Shown in pieces: positions 37,150 to 49,320 of a DNA stretch of 64,000 nt (the stretch's first letter is position 1; the number at the start of each line of letters is the position of its first letter). The position numbers and the translations under genes are program-made. Source of the DNA: Macrostomum lignano (Eukaryota). The DNA is taken from positions 62,001 through 126,000 of the forward strand of contig NIVC01003244.1 in the NCBI GenBank assembly GCA_002269645.1, given 5' to 3'. The notes beneath the pieces were generated by a model, which saw only the letters and a list, made by a program, of their open reading frames with translations, was not told the origin of the DNA and did not search any database.

Positions 37150-40100
37150 TTAATAAATCGGAGTTATTTTGCAACTTGTGGCTACGAAGAATAGCGCTAC
37201 AATCAAAGCCGCTAATGATGTAATGATGGCCCCGGCGCCGTCCGTAGGATTATTTCCACCAGTTTCGCCAGTCTGGACTGTAAGTTCGCGGCAGTCATCT
37301 CCTGAATAACCTCCGGTACACTGGCAAGCTCCAGAGAGGCAGATTCCATTGCCCGAGCAGCCATTGGGACAGATCTCAGCCTCCAGGTCTTGGATGATGC
37401 TGCTGGCTTTGCTGTTTAGCACAATCGACACGTTGTAGCTGAGACTCCTGACGCATTCGCCAGCGAAAGAGTTGAACAGAGACTCGGTCAAGTTGAATGA
37501 ATTTAGCTGGATAGCGTATTGACTGCAAACAGTCTTGAATTTAGATATAAAATCCATAGATCCAATGATGCCGGTTGCCTTTGAACACTCGGTGACGATC
37601 TTGCCTCTTTTGTCTAATACGGATTGGACGTAGTCGTTGCAGTGCTGCGTCGCTTTCTCCGCTGTAACTGTATCGGTACTGCTGCTCTGAGCTGACTGTC
37701 TGGCTGCTCCTGCGATTATTTGCGACAGGATGGGACCAAGAGGAGGAACTGACCGCTTTTTTCTTGAGTAGCGTATCAACGTTTTATTTTGTTTGATAAC
37801 ACACCTACCAGCCAGGTCTAACGGTTTGTATTCGTCACTGTCGTAGCAGGAGCAAAAATTTAGCGTCTGAACTGGCTTCAAAAGACTCTCTGGAACTGAA
37901 TCTGGTACAAAGTTGTTTGAGAACATATCTCTAGTGCTTTCCAAGGCAATGGTGTCAGATACTGTCCACGATGCTGCATTAGGTTTGTACATGAGACCCT
38001 CCACTCTGCTAGGAGTATCGTAGAACCCAGGGATTACCATGGTATCCAGTGCATCGAACCCAGCCGTTGTAGCACGTGAAGAAGAGCACCGCGTAGCATC
38101 AAATTCAAGCATTGATTTTCGACTCTGAATAAAGGTGTGTGCGCAGCCTCGAGATCCGGTGCGAAAGCCCCAGGTGTAAATTATTGTGCCATACAGGTCA
38201 AGCTTCAGCCGCACTCCAGTTTTGGCTTTTTCAATCGTTACTCCCCAGGGAACATCGTCATCAGTCAGCGGCAGTACACTAGTTGCTGCTGCTTTCCTTG
38301 TTGTATAAGCAAATGTACCACCTACGCTGTACGTTTGAATTACGTAATTCTCGTATCTTAAAGCCAACTGAGTGACAAACGACGCGAATGAATTTCTCGA
38401 ATTCTGGACGCACTCCTTCGCTTGTACTTCGTATGGCAGAGTACTGTGTCGCAGCAAAGACAGTACTCTGCATTGGTCGCCGGAAATGAAAGATCCATAT
38501 GCTGAATCTAAGTTCGCCGGCTTGATATAGGGGTCATAATAAACGTGCAAATAGTCCTTGCGTTCGACCCGTATAGCGGACTCAGATCAATGGTTAGCTT
38601 GCGCGACTGAATTTTCACCCATCGATTTCCAGTGTAAACTCCTTTTAATGCCATTGAAGAGTAACTGACATTCACTTCGATCTGAGAAGTCCACTGGGAT
38701 TCGGTGAGACCGGCAACAATCAAGCCATCGTCGTCCTCGTTCATCAGTGTCAGCGTTGTGCAAGCTCTTGTTGCACCGATAAACATGGGAGGAAACTCTA
38801 CCGAACAAGGAGTTGCTGTCTCGTTTCCTATCGACGAGTTGACCTTAATAGTGATTTTGTCCTTCAAAATTAGAGCTTTTCGGCGCGTTGTAATTCGAAA
38901 CTTAATGCCGCCCTCGTTTCCTACATTGGCTGTCGGCACTTTCGAAACATTAATGCATATTTGAATAGGCTTGGAAGGCGTTATCACGGACGTGGTTGCA
39001 TTGGTGTCGGGATCAACCAGGTTGTATAGGAACTCAAATCTGTGCGGTACGGAGCTAAGCTCTTGGGAAATGTAATTCGAGGTTGCCGAGTTGCACTTCG
39101 CTTGCAGCACGCATTCCAGCGTTCCACCGTAGATGTTAGAATGCGGTCTAAGAAATTTGTCGTGCCTGCAGGACACTGTGGTTGTTTCATTTGAATTCGA
39201 TGCAATGTTCAAATCGGCAGCCGTGCAGTCTGGGATATCGATTTTTGTACCATTGTGAAATGTCAGCCGGTAAGTTACTCTGTATCGAAGTCCCAGCGTG
39301 AAGTTGCTCGGAGCTTGAAATACGTTTTGAAACGAGCAGTTGAAGTAACTGTGGTAATTGTATTGGTTTAAATTGATTCTGACTTGTCGTAGAATCGGAG
39401 ACGTAGCAGCTTTAGGTTTCAACGTCGGCAAGCAGGAAGTGGCATCGTGACACGGCTCGTAGCCGCTGCCATCTGCTGAAACGAACCCAGTTGCGCACAC
39501 TTTCCTGTCTCCAATGCAGTAGTGATGCTCAGCGTAGCTTGTCGGTCTTAGGTAGTAAATTTTGTACGATCCACATTCCAGGATTTTCACCGGATAGTTG
39601 TCGCCACTGGAATCGTAACAGTTGGGCCCGGACCTAACTATCTTAGATAGTTTAGCAGAATAAAGTTGCCTGTTGGCGTTCTGTTCTTGGACAATGTTTG
39701 TGACGATGAATGGCGCGGAGCTTCCACAGGTGCTTGTTGTGTCAGGACACCTGCTTGTCAGTGCATTCCCGACCGGAGAGTTAATCCTATACCATCCGGT
39801 TGAAATTTTGGAGAAGTCAAAGCAAGTATCCGTTTCTGTGCAGGACTGAGTTCTCGCTGGTCCATGAGAGCCCGTTGAATCGGCTATCTCCGGGATGCTG
39901 GGATCCGAGCACGGATCGTTGTCAATGTAGGATGACTCACAACTCTCTCCATAGAACTCAGTGGTGCAGAAGCATCTGAAAGTGCTATAATCGAATGTAC
40001 CTCCATTTTGGCAACTGTTAACGGCAAGATTTCCAGATGTTTGGATTAGAACCAACAGGAACCTGTAAGAAAGTTTGATCCCGATGCGCCATATTCAGCT

Positions 40101-40695
40101 CACAAATCAAAAATTACATGTAGGAACTGTTCTCCCTGGAAAACTGCATGTACTCAATGGGGAACTGTCCACAATGGGGCCTGTACTCAATGAGGAACTG
40201 TACTCAATGGGGAACTGTACCCAATGGGGAACTGTACTCAATGGGGAACTGTACTCAATGGGGAACTGTACCCAATGGGGAACTGTACTCAATGGGGAAC
40301 TGTACTCAATGGGGAACTGTACTCAATGGGGAACTGTACTCAATGGGGAACTGTACTCAATGGGGAACTGTACTCAACGGGGAACTGTGCTCAATGGGGA
40401 ACTGTACTCAACGGGGAACTGTGCTCAATGGGGAACTGTACTCAATGGGAAACTGTACTCAATGGGGAACTGTACTCAACGGGGAACTGTACTCAATGCG
40501 GAACTGTACTCAATGGGAAACTGTACTCAATGGGAAACTGTACTCAATGGGGAACTGTACTCAACGGGGAACTGTACTTAATGGGGAACTGTACTCAATG
40601 GGAAACTGTACTCAATGGGGAACTGTTCTCAATGGAGAACTGTACTGCCTGTAGGCTCAAAGAATGTAATAATATGCTTACCAAACCAGCACCAT
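37150..40695 (-). CDS. VWDE-like cell-surface protein: signal peptide, EGF, UMOD/GP2/OIT3-type D8C, VWD-like region, furin-like site, EGF, C-terminal hydrophobic/GPI anchor (~990 aa; exons 40695-40682 and 40062-37150)
   Basis: Phase-2 splice gives MVLVW|FLLVLIQTSG. Motifs: CQNGG..CFC..YGESCE; GWYRI..RCP..CGSSAP..YYLRP..YC; RTICT-YYDPYI; RKKR; CPNGCSGNGICLSGACQCTGGYSGDDC. The two long ORFs are joined by restoring one T in the TTT run at ~38543. Confidence 0.75.
40145..40645. repeat. 17-bp minisatellite (AATGGGGAACTGTACTC) in the VWDE-like intron
   Basis: Direct reading. Confidence 0.95.
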
Positions 40696-40969
40696 CTTTG
40701 CTCTTCTTATTCTTCTTTAACCTGATATTGAGAAGGCGTGATTTTGGGATTATTATCAGTAGATAAACGAGAAAATTACATTTTTCTATATAAAAGTCAA
40801 GTGTGTTGGACTTCAGTGGATTTTTATATTTTTTGTCTGCTTCTAAAAGACGCTCTAAAAGGAAGCTGGCCATCCGAGCAAGATGGCTTGGCTCGTGTAC
40901 GAGTAAAGCGCCAATTTCGCGATGCAATCTCCGAGGTGTAATTAGGCAGCACTATTCTGAGGCACCGTC

Positions 40970-41360
40970 ATCGGGGGCGCTGTCCTCAAGGGCGGTGTCC
41001 TCGGGGGGGGGGCACTGTCCTGGGCGGTACTATCCTGGAGCCACAGTTCCTGGGGGGAGCCACTGTCTTTAGAAATACTACAGTATTTTGGGGGGGGGAA
41101 CTATTCTGAGGGCACTGTCTTCGGGGGGCCACTGTCCTCGGGGGGCACTGTCTTCGGGGGGCACTGTCTTTGGAGACACTATCCTGGGGGGCACTATTCT
41201 GGGGACTACTGTCCTCTGGGGGGGCACTGTCCTCGGGGGCACTGTCCTCGGGGTGTCCTTGGGGGCACTGTCCTCAAGTGGGGCACTGTTTCTGGAGACA
41301 CTAAAGAGGGCAATGTCCTCGTGTTCACGAGTGGGGCACACTATACTGGGGGAGGGCACT
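40970..41360. repeat. Degenerate GGGGGGCACTGTCCTC repeat
   Basis: Direct reading. Confidence 0.8.
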
Positions 41361-42068
41361 ATCAATGGATAGGGGGATTGTTACACTTAGGCCCTATAAT
41401 GATGAATAATATGCTTGATCCCTGTAATTGCTCATCTGAACAGAAATAAAACTCACGAAGTCCGATGTCTCAAAGGTAAAAGCGCAGCTTCTTTCTCAGC
41501 AGTTTTACACACATTTTTCTGCCGCCTCGTCTTGCATTTATACCCATTCTGCATGCGGATGCTACGGAATCGAAAAAATGACGAAGTTCTAAGAATAGAT
41601 TTTTTTATTCATATTTAAAGGACGAAGATAGTTTTTTTGGTTATAATAGAGTAGCATCACAGATAAGAAATAAATAAAACTCAAGAGGACAGACATCCTT
41701 CAGCCTCTGCTCTATGCTCTGTCTGCAGTCTCTGTCTGCTTCTTAAAATTGTTCTCTTAGATCCGTGTTTCCATAGCCTGGTCGTAGTACGCTATTATTA
41801 GAGAATAAGAAAAGAGAGTTGAGACTGAGACAAGTCTCGATTGTAGCGGGCCACTGCGACGTGTTTAAAGTTCGTCTCGCCGGTGCTACAATTGCGAGGG
41901 CCGGCTCCAAAAAGTAATTATACTCATGAAGACTGAGAACTCTGTCAATACGAACTTAGCTTTCGGGTTATAGTAGAATGTTACTGTTCAAGAATAATGT
42001 AGTGATCCGCTAGTTTGGTGTTAGGCGCCCCCCTTTGTCAGCAGTTTCCCTCGCCCTCGCCCTCGCTC

Positions 42069-42303
42069 GCACGGGCATATTAAGCATGCCAGTGAAGTAT
42101 GAGACAGACCAGGCCTATGGGCTAAGGTCTGCGATGCTCCACGCCTGCCCCTATCTTCAGCAGGTAAAGGCTGGAGGGAGGTCTGCACCCTCTATTTGCC
42201 GCTGGCAGCCGCAGACCCCCCCCACGCTGTCTCGCAAGCCGACCCAGGGTACTCGTCCCCGCGTGTGTTCAAGGCAGACCCTAGGGCTGCCGGACAGACT
42301 GGG
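42069..42303 (+). ncRNA. HDV-like self-cleaving ribozyme fold at the 5' end of LINE copy A (partly degenerate)
   Basis: P1 GCACGGG / CGCGTGT (one mismatch); L3 TACTCGT at 42250-42256; P4 GGCAG/CTGCC; J4/2 CAGA with catalytic-position C42295; P2' CTGGG. One G is missing at the P2/P3 junction relative to copy B. Confidence 0.65.
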
Positions 42304-42552
42304 CTCCGGCGCTGGGGACCCATCCAGTGGCTTTGCCGAACTTGTGTATGCGGGTCTGGCTCGCCAGTCCGCAGGCCGTGGTACTGCTCAACGCACCCTC
42401 TAATACCTAAGGTGTTCGACCGTGCCGATGGCCGGGGAGTAGTCCGGTCGCAAGCGGTCCCTCTCCTGGTGTCGGGCCGGCCTACTGCCCGGTCAGGTGG
42501 AGCGGCCGGGTGGGTACCGCGCCCCTTCGAGGGTAGCCCACCAATCTTTATC

Positions 42553-44056
42553 ATGGCCTTCAAGCCGACTATGGATAATCAAGCTAATTCTAGGGACGGG
42601 GACCCTTCTAAACCCCAACCTCAGTCCGAAGGACCGGCCGGCCCTGCTGGCAGATCCCAACCGACTGATTCAACTGTGGCAAAGGAAGGACCGGCTGGCC
42701 TTCCAACCAGATCCAACCAGAGCTACCAAAACCAAAACACCCAAAGACCTGCCAGCTCTGCTGGTAGATCAAAGGGAACCGCGGGCTCTGAGCCTAAAGG
42801 ACCGGCCAAATCTGGCAGATCCGACGAAGCTCAGCGGGCTCGGCTCGAGCGCAAACGCGCTAAGCGACGCGCCAAAAGGCAGGCCAAGAAGGGAGCTGCG
42901 GGGACCAAAGCGGCGGCGTCCACCACGGACGCTGAAGCGACTGGCGTCCCAAGGCAACTAGACGGGCCGGCCGGTGGAAGCTCCGGTAGTTCGGCGGCGG
43001 CGCTCCCTGGAGATGCTGCTGCGGCTGCTGAGGCCGAAACCACGGCGCAACAAATGGCCACTGCCAACAAGGAGGTTTCTTCGGGAACTACCTTTGCGGC
43101 GAAGGCCAAGGCCAAAATCCCGGGAGTGATCATTCAAGGTCGCGACCAGGACTAGACCACTGATCAGCTTCAAAAAGTGTGTGGTGCTATTGACTCCTAT
43201 CTGATTGAGCTGACTGTCGAGGAGGGAATCTCCATCGGCATTGAGCGGATGGTGCTGCGAAGCACATTCGTTCTTACCGCTCCTAGCAGTGATGAGGACG
43301 CTCAGCAGCTGCTCCAGCGGCTGCCAACGGTCTCCTTGGATGTTGACCACGGCGGAGCCCTTTTTCTTCGCAAAGGCCAGCGTCCAAAGACAATACCCTA
43401 TGTGGTTTTTGTCCCTGCAAAAAGCACCGCAGCTGGACCAGACGTTTTTCGCCGGGTCCTACTGCGCCTGAATCCCGACCTCTCTGCTAGTGGACTGGTG
43501 TATCATCGTAATGTCCGCAGGGGGGAAACGGGCAAATTAATCGTCCTCGGCCTTTCCAACGCTTGGGCGAGTCGGTACCCTAACGGATCCTCTTTCCAGC
43601 TGGGTGCCCTCAAGCTCAAGATGCGCCGAGGAAAGTCTGCCAAAGGGAAAGCTTCTGCCAACCCCGGCATCTCCGGCAAGAGCGGGGTGCAGTCTAAGGC
43701 CCAAGGAAAGGCGCAAGCCGATCCCAAAGCCGGAGCTGCGTCTCGCCCCTCTGCTAGCAGCAGTTCGACGACCGCGGTGACGGCTCCGGCCAAGCCCCGG
43801 GAACCGAACCTGCCAGCCGGAGAAGGAGTTGAGGACGAGGCCGGGTCTTCGGAATCCGAGCTCTCCTCAGCCACCCTGGTGGGGTCTGAAGGCAAAGATG
43901 AGATGAGGAAGCTTCCTCCATCCTGTCATCGGAGCCCGAGGACTCTGCTGGGGGGCTGGTGGGGGTCAGGATGCCATGGACATCGACCAACTCCCATCTC
44001 CCAGTCAAGCCCCAACGGCCTGGGACGAGGACGATTTGCTGTCCAAGTCTCCTTGA
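42553..44056 (+). pseudogene. LINE A ORF1 (probable DUF4780-type), disrupted
   Basis: ATG at 42553, in-frame TAG at 43153-43155, frameshifts near 43900-43970. The core NPDLSASGLVYH..LIVLGL aligns with copy B HPDLDASGLVYH..VILGL. DUF4780 assignment is from recall of LOA ORF1s. Confidence 0.75.
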
Positions 44057-47000
44057 TGGCCTGGGGTTCTAGCCAGCTGACTAAGCTCCACGCTGCCAAA
44101 GGAGCGACACTCTGTCTGCAAATAAATTTAAAGCATTGCGTCAGTCATTCTGATGAAGATTTCTGAGGTGTAAAGGCCAGGCCTCATTCTGATCCAGGAG
44201 CCCTGGATGCGCAACGGTAAGTTGCCCAACATTCCTTCTGGCTACTCTGATTTTTATGTGTGTGGCCCGGGGAACAGCCGCCCTAGAGCGGCTATCCTCG
44301 CTGCCAGCCATCTCCAGGCTTGGCTGAGAACTGATCTCTCAGATGAAGACCTCTGCGTCATCCAATCTAATCATCTCTCTCCGCGGACGTGTCTCGTTGC
44401 TTCGATTATTTCAGGCGACAGAGACCCTGCACCTGAAAGTCTACTGCGCCTTGCGCAGTACTGCGAGTCCCAGAACGCTGAGCTGTGCTTAGGGGGGCGA
44501 CCTCAACGCGCACCACAAGCACTGGGGCAGCAAAGACACCAATACTAGAGGGGAGGAGCTTCTGGCCCTTATCTCTAACACAAACCTCATGCTCTGCAAC
44601 CGCGGTAGCACTCCTACCTTTAACAATGGCAGATGGACTGAGGTCCTCGATGCCACACTCGCTACCCCAAGACGCTTTGACAGAGTTGAGAAGTGAAGTC
44701 TGGTCTAAGGAGCCCTCCCTCCTCCCTGTCTGACTACTACTTTATCGCCTTTAAAATCGTGGACACTAAACTCCAGTCCTCGATCACTTGGATGCGTAAC
44801 ATCCGCAACACTGATTGGGCAGCCTATAAGGCTACCCTTGATCTGCACCTGCAGGAACTCACGGACTTACGTCCGATTGAGACCTGCGAGGATGTGGACT
44901 ATGTGGCTGAGACGCTGACAGGTTGCATTATTGCAGCCTATGAAGCGGCCTGCCCTGTCCGTGCCTACAAAGCCCTCTCCGTGCCTCGGCGCCGTGGTGG
45001 AACCCGGAGCTGGGGAAACTCAGACGGAAGGCCAAAAGCCTTCACCGGCGTACCATGAAGACCGGAAACCAGGAGGACATGGAACTTTTCCGACAAGCCT
45101 CCCACAACTTCAAATCTAAGTGCGCAAGGCCAAGGAATGTAAATGGCGCCAATTCTGCAATGAGTTGGATTAAGACAGACCTACTTCTAGGCTTGTCAAG
45201 GCCCTTACAATGGACAAAATATCCAAATTAGCCATGATCGGAAGAGAAGACCCTGAAGAAGTGATTCAGCATATGCTCAGCACATTCTTCCCGAGGGTAC
45301 CCACTGCTAGATCGGAACCCAACCATTCGATGGATGGAGCCACCCTAGCGGCGGGCATTATCTCTGAAGACTTAATCGCTCGTGCGGTCAGAACCTTCAA
45401 GCCCTTCAAATCTCCTGGACCTGATGGTATCTACCCTGTTCTTCTTCGTGAAGCAGCCAAGATACCCTCGTTCTTGAGACTTACCCGCAATCTCACGTGG
45501 GCCTCTATCCAGATGGGATACGTTCCCAAGTGCTGGACCGAAGCTCGGGTAGTCTTCATTCCCAAACCTGGGAAGGTGACTACCAGAGCGTCAAGGCCTT
45601 TAGGCCAATTAGCTTAACGTCAGCAATACTTAAGCTCACTGAGAGGCTTATTCTCTGGCGGCTGCTTTCATGCGAGCTGACAGCAATGCACCTCAGCAAT
45701 CACCAGCACGCCTTCCGTACCGGGAGGTCGACTGACAGCGCCCTGCATGCGATAGTCGAGAACATTGAACGGGCGGTAATGGATGACGGTTACGCCCTGG
45801 CTCTTTTTTTCGAAATTTTTGGCGCCTTCGACAACGTTATCTTTGAAGGGTTTCAAGGGCCCTTAAAAACCGCAAAGCTCACGCTACCCCCATACGGTGG
45901 ATCATGTACATGATCTCTAACCTTACGGTCACTGCCCAACTTCTTTGGCAAACTGCCTCCGCCAGAGTTTGTAAGGGCGGACCCCAAGGTGAAGTCCTCA
46001 CCCCGACGCTCTGGAACCTGGTCATGGACGCTCTTCTGGGCGACTCCCGACCTGATCCCGTCTTCAAAGTCGGGTATGCTGACGACGTCACTGCCATTGT
46101 GGCAGAGCCGTCCCCAGCACGCTCAGGGATCTGATGCAGAGCTTTATCCGCAAAGCAGAATCCTGGGCCAATGACAACGGTCTGGAACTCTCTGAGCCCA
46201 AAACTGTTGCCATTATGTTCACCAGCAGAATACGCTGGAACATACGACCTCTGCAGTTATACGGCAGAGATATTGCCTTCGCGCACCAGACCAGATGTCT
46301 CGGGGTCATACTTGACCACCGGCTCAACTGGTCCTTCCACGTGAAAGCAAAAGCCAAGCATGCCTCAGTCATCCTGGCCCAGCTCCGACGAGCACTTGGC
46401 ACTTCTTGGGGTCTTTCTCCAAAGCGGCTTTGGTGGATCTACACTTCCGACCTGCCATTACGTACCTGCCTCGGTTGTCTGGGTTGCGCTACCCAGGTCA
46501 AAAGCCATGCAGATTTGCTCAACACGATCCAGGACAGAGCGTGTAGGCTTATCTGCAACGCCACCAGGTCCACGCCCTTTGCCGGCATGGGGGCCTTCCT
46601 TAATCTACCGCCTCTTGACCTCTTCTCAGGGGTGAGGCGGCTAGAACGACGCGGCGTCTTAATTGATGCCGGTCAAATTCCTTTACATGAGAGCACCTGC
46701 TAAGCGGAACCTTGTCCCGCATAGCGATCTGTGCCTCAACTTCTCAACGAGTGTCAGGCCAATCGCGTCTTCACCGATGCATTGCCTCAACAACGCTCAA
46801 CCTGAGACAACGCTACTCCGTAGCTTTCGACTCGCGCGATACCATCAATGACCACTGGAACCATGGGGAGCTTCACTGCTACACCGATGGTTCTAAGAAG
46901 TCAGCCAAAACCGGTTTTGGTGTTGGAATCTTCCTGAACGGGAGGGTCATCGCAACCCACGCTCAGTACACTGGGGTCAACTCCAGTGTCTTCCAAAGTG

Positions 47001-47714
47001 AAGTTCTCGCCATCAGCTCCTGCATTTCAGAGCTTCTCACCACTGGCGTATCCGGTAAGAACATCATTTTCCATTCGGACAGCCAAGCTGCCTTGCACGC
47101 CATCAGTGGCTGTAGTCCCAGTTCTGCTACAGTGCTCGTATCCAACTCCTCAACATGTTGAGCTCCACCAACAAAATCACCCTTAAGTGGGTTCCGCGCA
47201 TGTGGGGATCCGAGGGAATGAGTTGGCTGACGCCTTAGCAAAAGTTGGCGCTCCGGCTCCTCTCTCGGTCCGAACCCCTTGTCCCGATTCCTGGCTGTGT
47301 CATCGACTCGCGCATCAACGCGTGGATCAGGACCCAGCACCGCTCGGCTTGGGCGAACTGCACTACCTGCAGGCAATCCAGAGGCGCTGTCCCTCAGCCC
47401 TCTCACCAGCCCGGAAGCTCCTCTTGCGCCTGTCGCGCAGAGACATCCGGGCTGCCACCATGACCCTCTCAAGTCACGGCTGCTTCTCTAGGCACAAGTA
47501 CCTGCAGGGCAACGCCACCAACGCCATCTATAGTTTCTGTAACTCAGGTGACGAAACCGCTGAGCATTTCGTCAGCATCTGTCCCGCCTTTACGCGAGCC
47601 AGACTCACTTACCTCGGGCCACACACAGGGCTGAACTCTTTTTTCTGCAGAGAGTACATAGCTGCTGGCGACACTGGGGGACCTCCTTGGGCGGCGCCAA
47701 CCCTTCGTCCATAG
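44056..47714 (+). pseudogene. LINE A ORF2 (APE-RT-RNase H-CCHC), multiply frameshifted
   Basis: Fragments CLQINLKH, SPGPDGIYP, VFIPKPGK, FRPISLTS, QHAFRTGRST, VGYADD, WVP(H)VGIRGNELAD and HFVSICPAF lie in different frames. Confidence 0.9.
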
Positions 47715-47827
47715 CGACGCGTCGGCCGTTCAGGGATTAGCGGAATGGGCGCTCGCGGGTTCCCTCTGTGTCCCCCCGGGACAGCCCTGCAGCTAAGTCA
47801 AGTAAGTCAAGCCCTCGCCCTCGCCCT

Positions 47828-48438
47828 GGGTCGCTGTCTGCCGCTGATCAGCTTCCCGCCTTCCCTTTGTCTGCCTGTATGCGGTCCCCCCTTTCCCGTT
47901 TTCTGCCCGTTTTCTGCGCTCTCGTTTGCAGCCACAAGATTCTCTGCTGTGGTCTGGGCCCTTGTTTCGTTCCAGTCTTGAGGTCAGGCTGTTGGCCTGT
48001 TTCCCCTGTCATGTGAGCAAGTCACATGACAGATCTTGTTTTCTTGGAGTCCTAAAGTGCAGTAAAAATGTTTGTGTTTACGGGAGAATCACGTGCCTAA
48101 GGCCCTTCCCTTCTCTAAGGAGAGGAGTGACTCATGTTTCTAAAAATAGACACTGAGTCACAGCCTTGTGCACTCTGCCCGGAGACCCCAGTGACGTCAG
48201 TTCTAAAAATAGAACAAAGTCACGAGGTCTTGTGTGTTGGGGCAGGGGTGAATCCCACTATAAATGCAGACCCCTCACCCTTGGTTCAGTCAAGGAGGTT
48301 CTTCAACCGCCAGTTCAATCTTGTGTTCCCTAAGAATCTCGTCTGAGTCTGTGTCTCAGTGTACATGTACGTTTAACTCTGTTATTGGTCTGTCTGGGAC
48401 CCATCTAAAACCAACTCCTAGCCTACGAGAGGCTAACA
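47828..48438 (+). promoter_or_regulatory. LTR-like promoter segment (possibly starting at TGTTAG 42019 and split by LINE A)
   Basis: TATAAA at 48259; AP-1 at 48128 and 48154; CRE at 48192; MEF2 CTAAAAATAG at 48140 and 48203; CACGTG at 48090. Inverted termini TGTTAG (42019) / CTAACA (48438). No TSD or clear PBS/PPT. Confidence 0.45.
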
Positions 48439-49154
48439 CAGCTTTTCCATCCACCCACCAAGCCCGGTAGGATCTGCTGACGAGACTCCTTGTCCGTTGA
48501 GCTGCAAATCTGCAGACGGTGCTGAGTTCGTTGAATTGTTTCTTTCTTTCCGACGAGAAGCTCACCTCACCGAAGGCCGAGACCTGAAGGAACTGGTGGC
48601 AGTACTACCTACTCTACTAAGAGCTAAGAAGGCTTCCGACAGAAGAGGCTCGAGACTTAAGGTAAAGCTTAAGTGATAAAAATCGGGAAGCAAACAGCAA
48701 CTATCTCACTAACTTAAATTCATTAGTTCGATATTGAAATAGGCAATTAGCCAACCGGACCGAAAGGAACGAGGAAAAAACGCAGGGGGTGGCGGCGAAA
48801 AGGCGGGCGAAACGAGCCCAGCGAGAGCGAGTGTATTTGACGCGAATTGAAGTATTTACAAGCAATGGGATAAAAGCAGAGGGATAAAATCAGAAGGGAA
48901 ATGCAGAGGGTAAAGGCAAGCACACACGAAAAAAAAATTTGCCAAGCATGCCAACGCTGAGGGGCAGAGCACGCGAATAAAAGGGCCAGCGCGACCCCAA
49001 CCCCCACCACCCCACACCACGCACACCGCACCCACACCCCCACCCAGCGGACAGAGGCACCGGCCCCGGTCAGCTAAAACCGATTACAGAGCCAGTAAAA
49101 CCGGCCCTGAAATCGCAACATTTTGGTAAGTTTAAAACGAGTGCGAAATTATGT

Positions 49155-49320
49155 TTGTCAGAGTGCCAAAGCGGTTGTCAGAGAGCCAAAGTGAGTGTTA
49201 GAGTGCCAAATTGGTTGTCAGAGTGCCAAACTGAGTGTTAGAGTGCCAAATTGGTTGTCAGAGGGCCAAAGTGAGTGTTTGAGTGCCATATTGGGTATCC
49301 GAGTTGCCAAATTGGGCGTC
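49155..49320. repeat. 20-bp tandem repeat with 40-bp higher-order alternation (AGAGTGCCAAATTGGTTGTC / AGAGTGCCAAAGTGAGTGTT)
   Basis: Direct reading. Confidence 0.85.

Larger units (their letters stand above)
42064..47811 (+). mobile_element. Full-length degenerate non-LTR retrotransposon, LOA-like (R1 group), copy A
   Basis: 16-bp TSD CCCTCGCCCTCGCCCT at 42048-42063 and 47812-47827; ORF1, then APE, RT (PQG..LSPTLWN-like, YADD), RNase H (YTDGS, HSDSQA) and CCHC; tail (TAAGTCAAG)2. Confidence 0.92.

Noticed and set aside
36270-38550. Programmed frameshifting in the CAP (~36278) and VWDE-like (~38543) genes
   Set aside because: Both are single-base losses in short homopolymers, the same error class seen between the duplicated copies; no slippery heptamer plus stimulator.
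37150-40695. Identity with flatworm adhesive proteins (VWD-containing)
   Set aside because: Lacks the huge repeat cores and C8/TIL arrays; has a membrane anchor.
48590-48602. TGGTGGCAG as a primer-binding site of an LTR element
   Set aside because: Not preceded by a CA terminus, only 9 nt, and no gag/pol follows.
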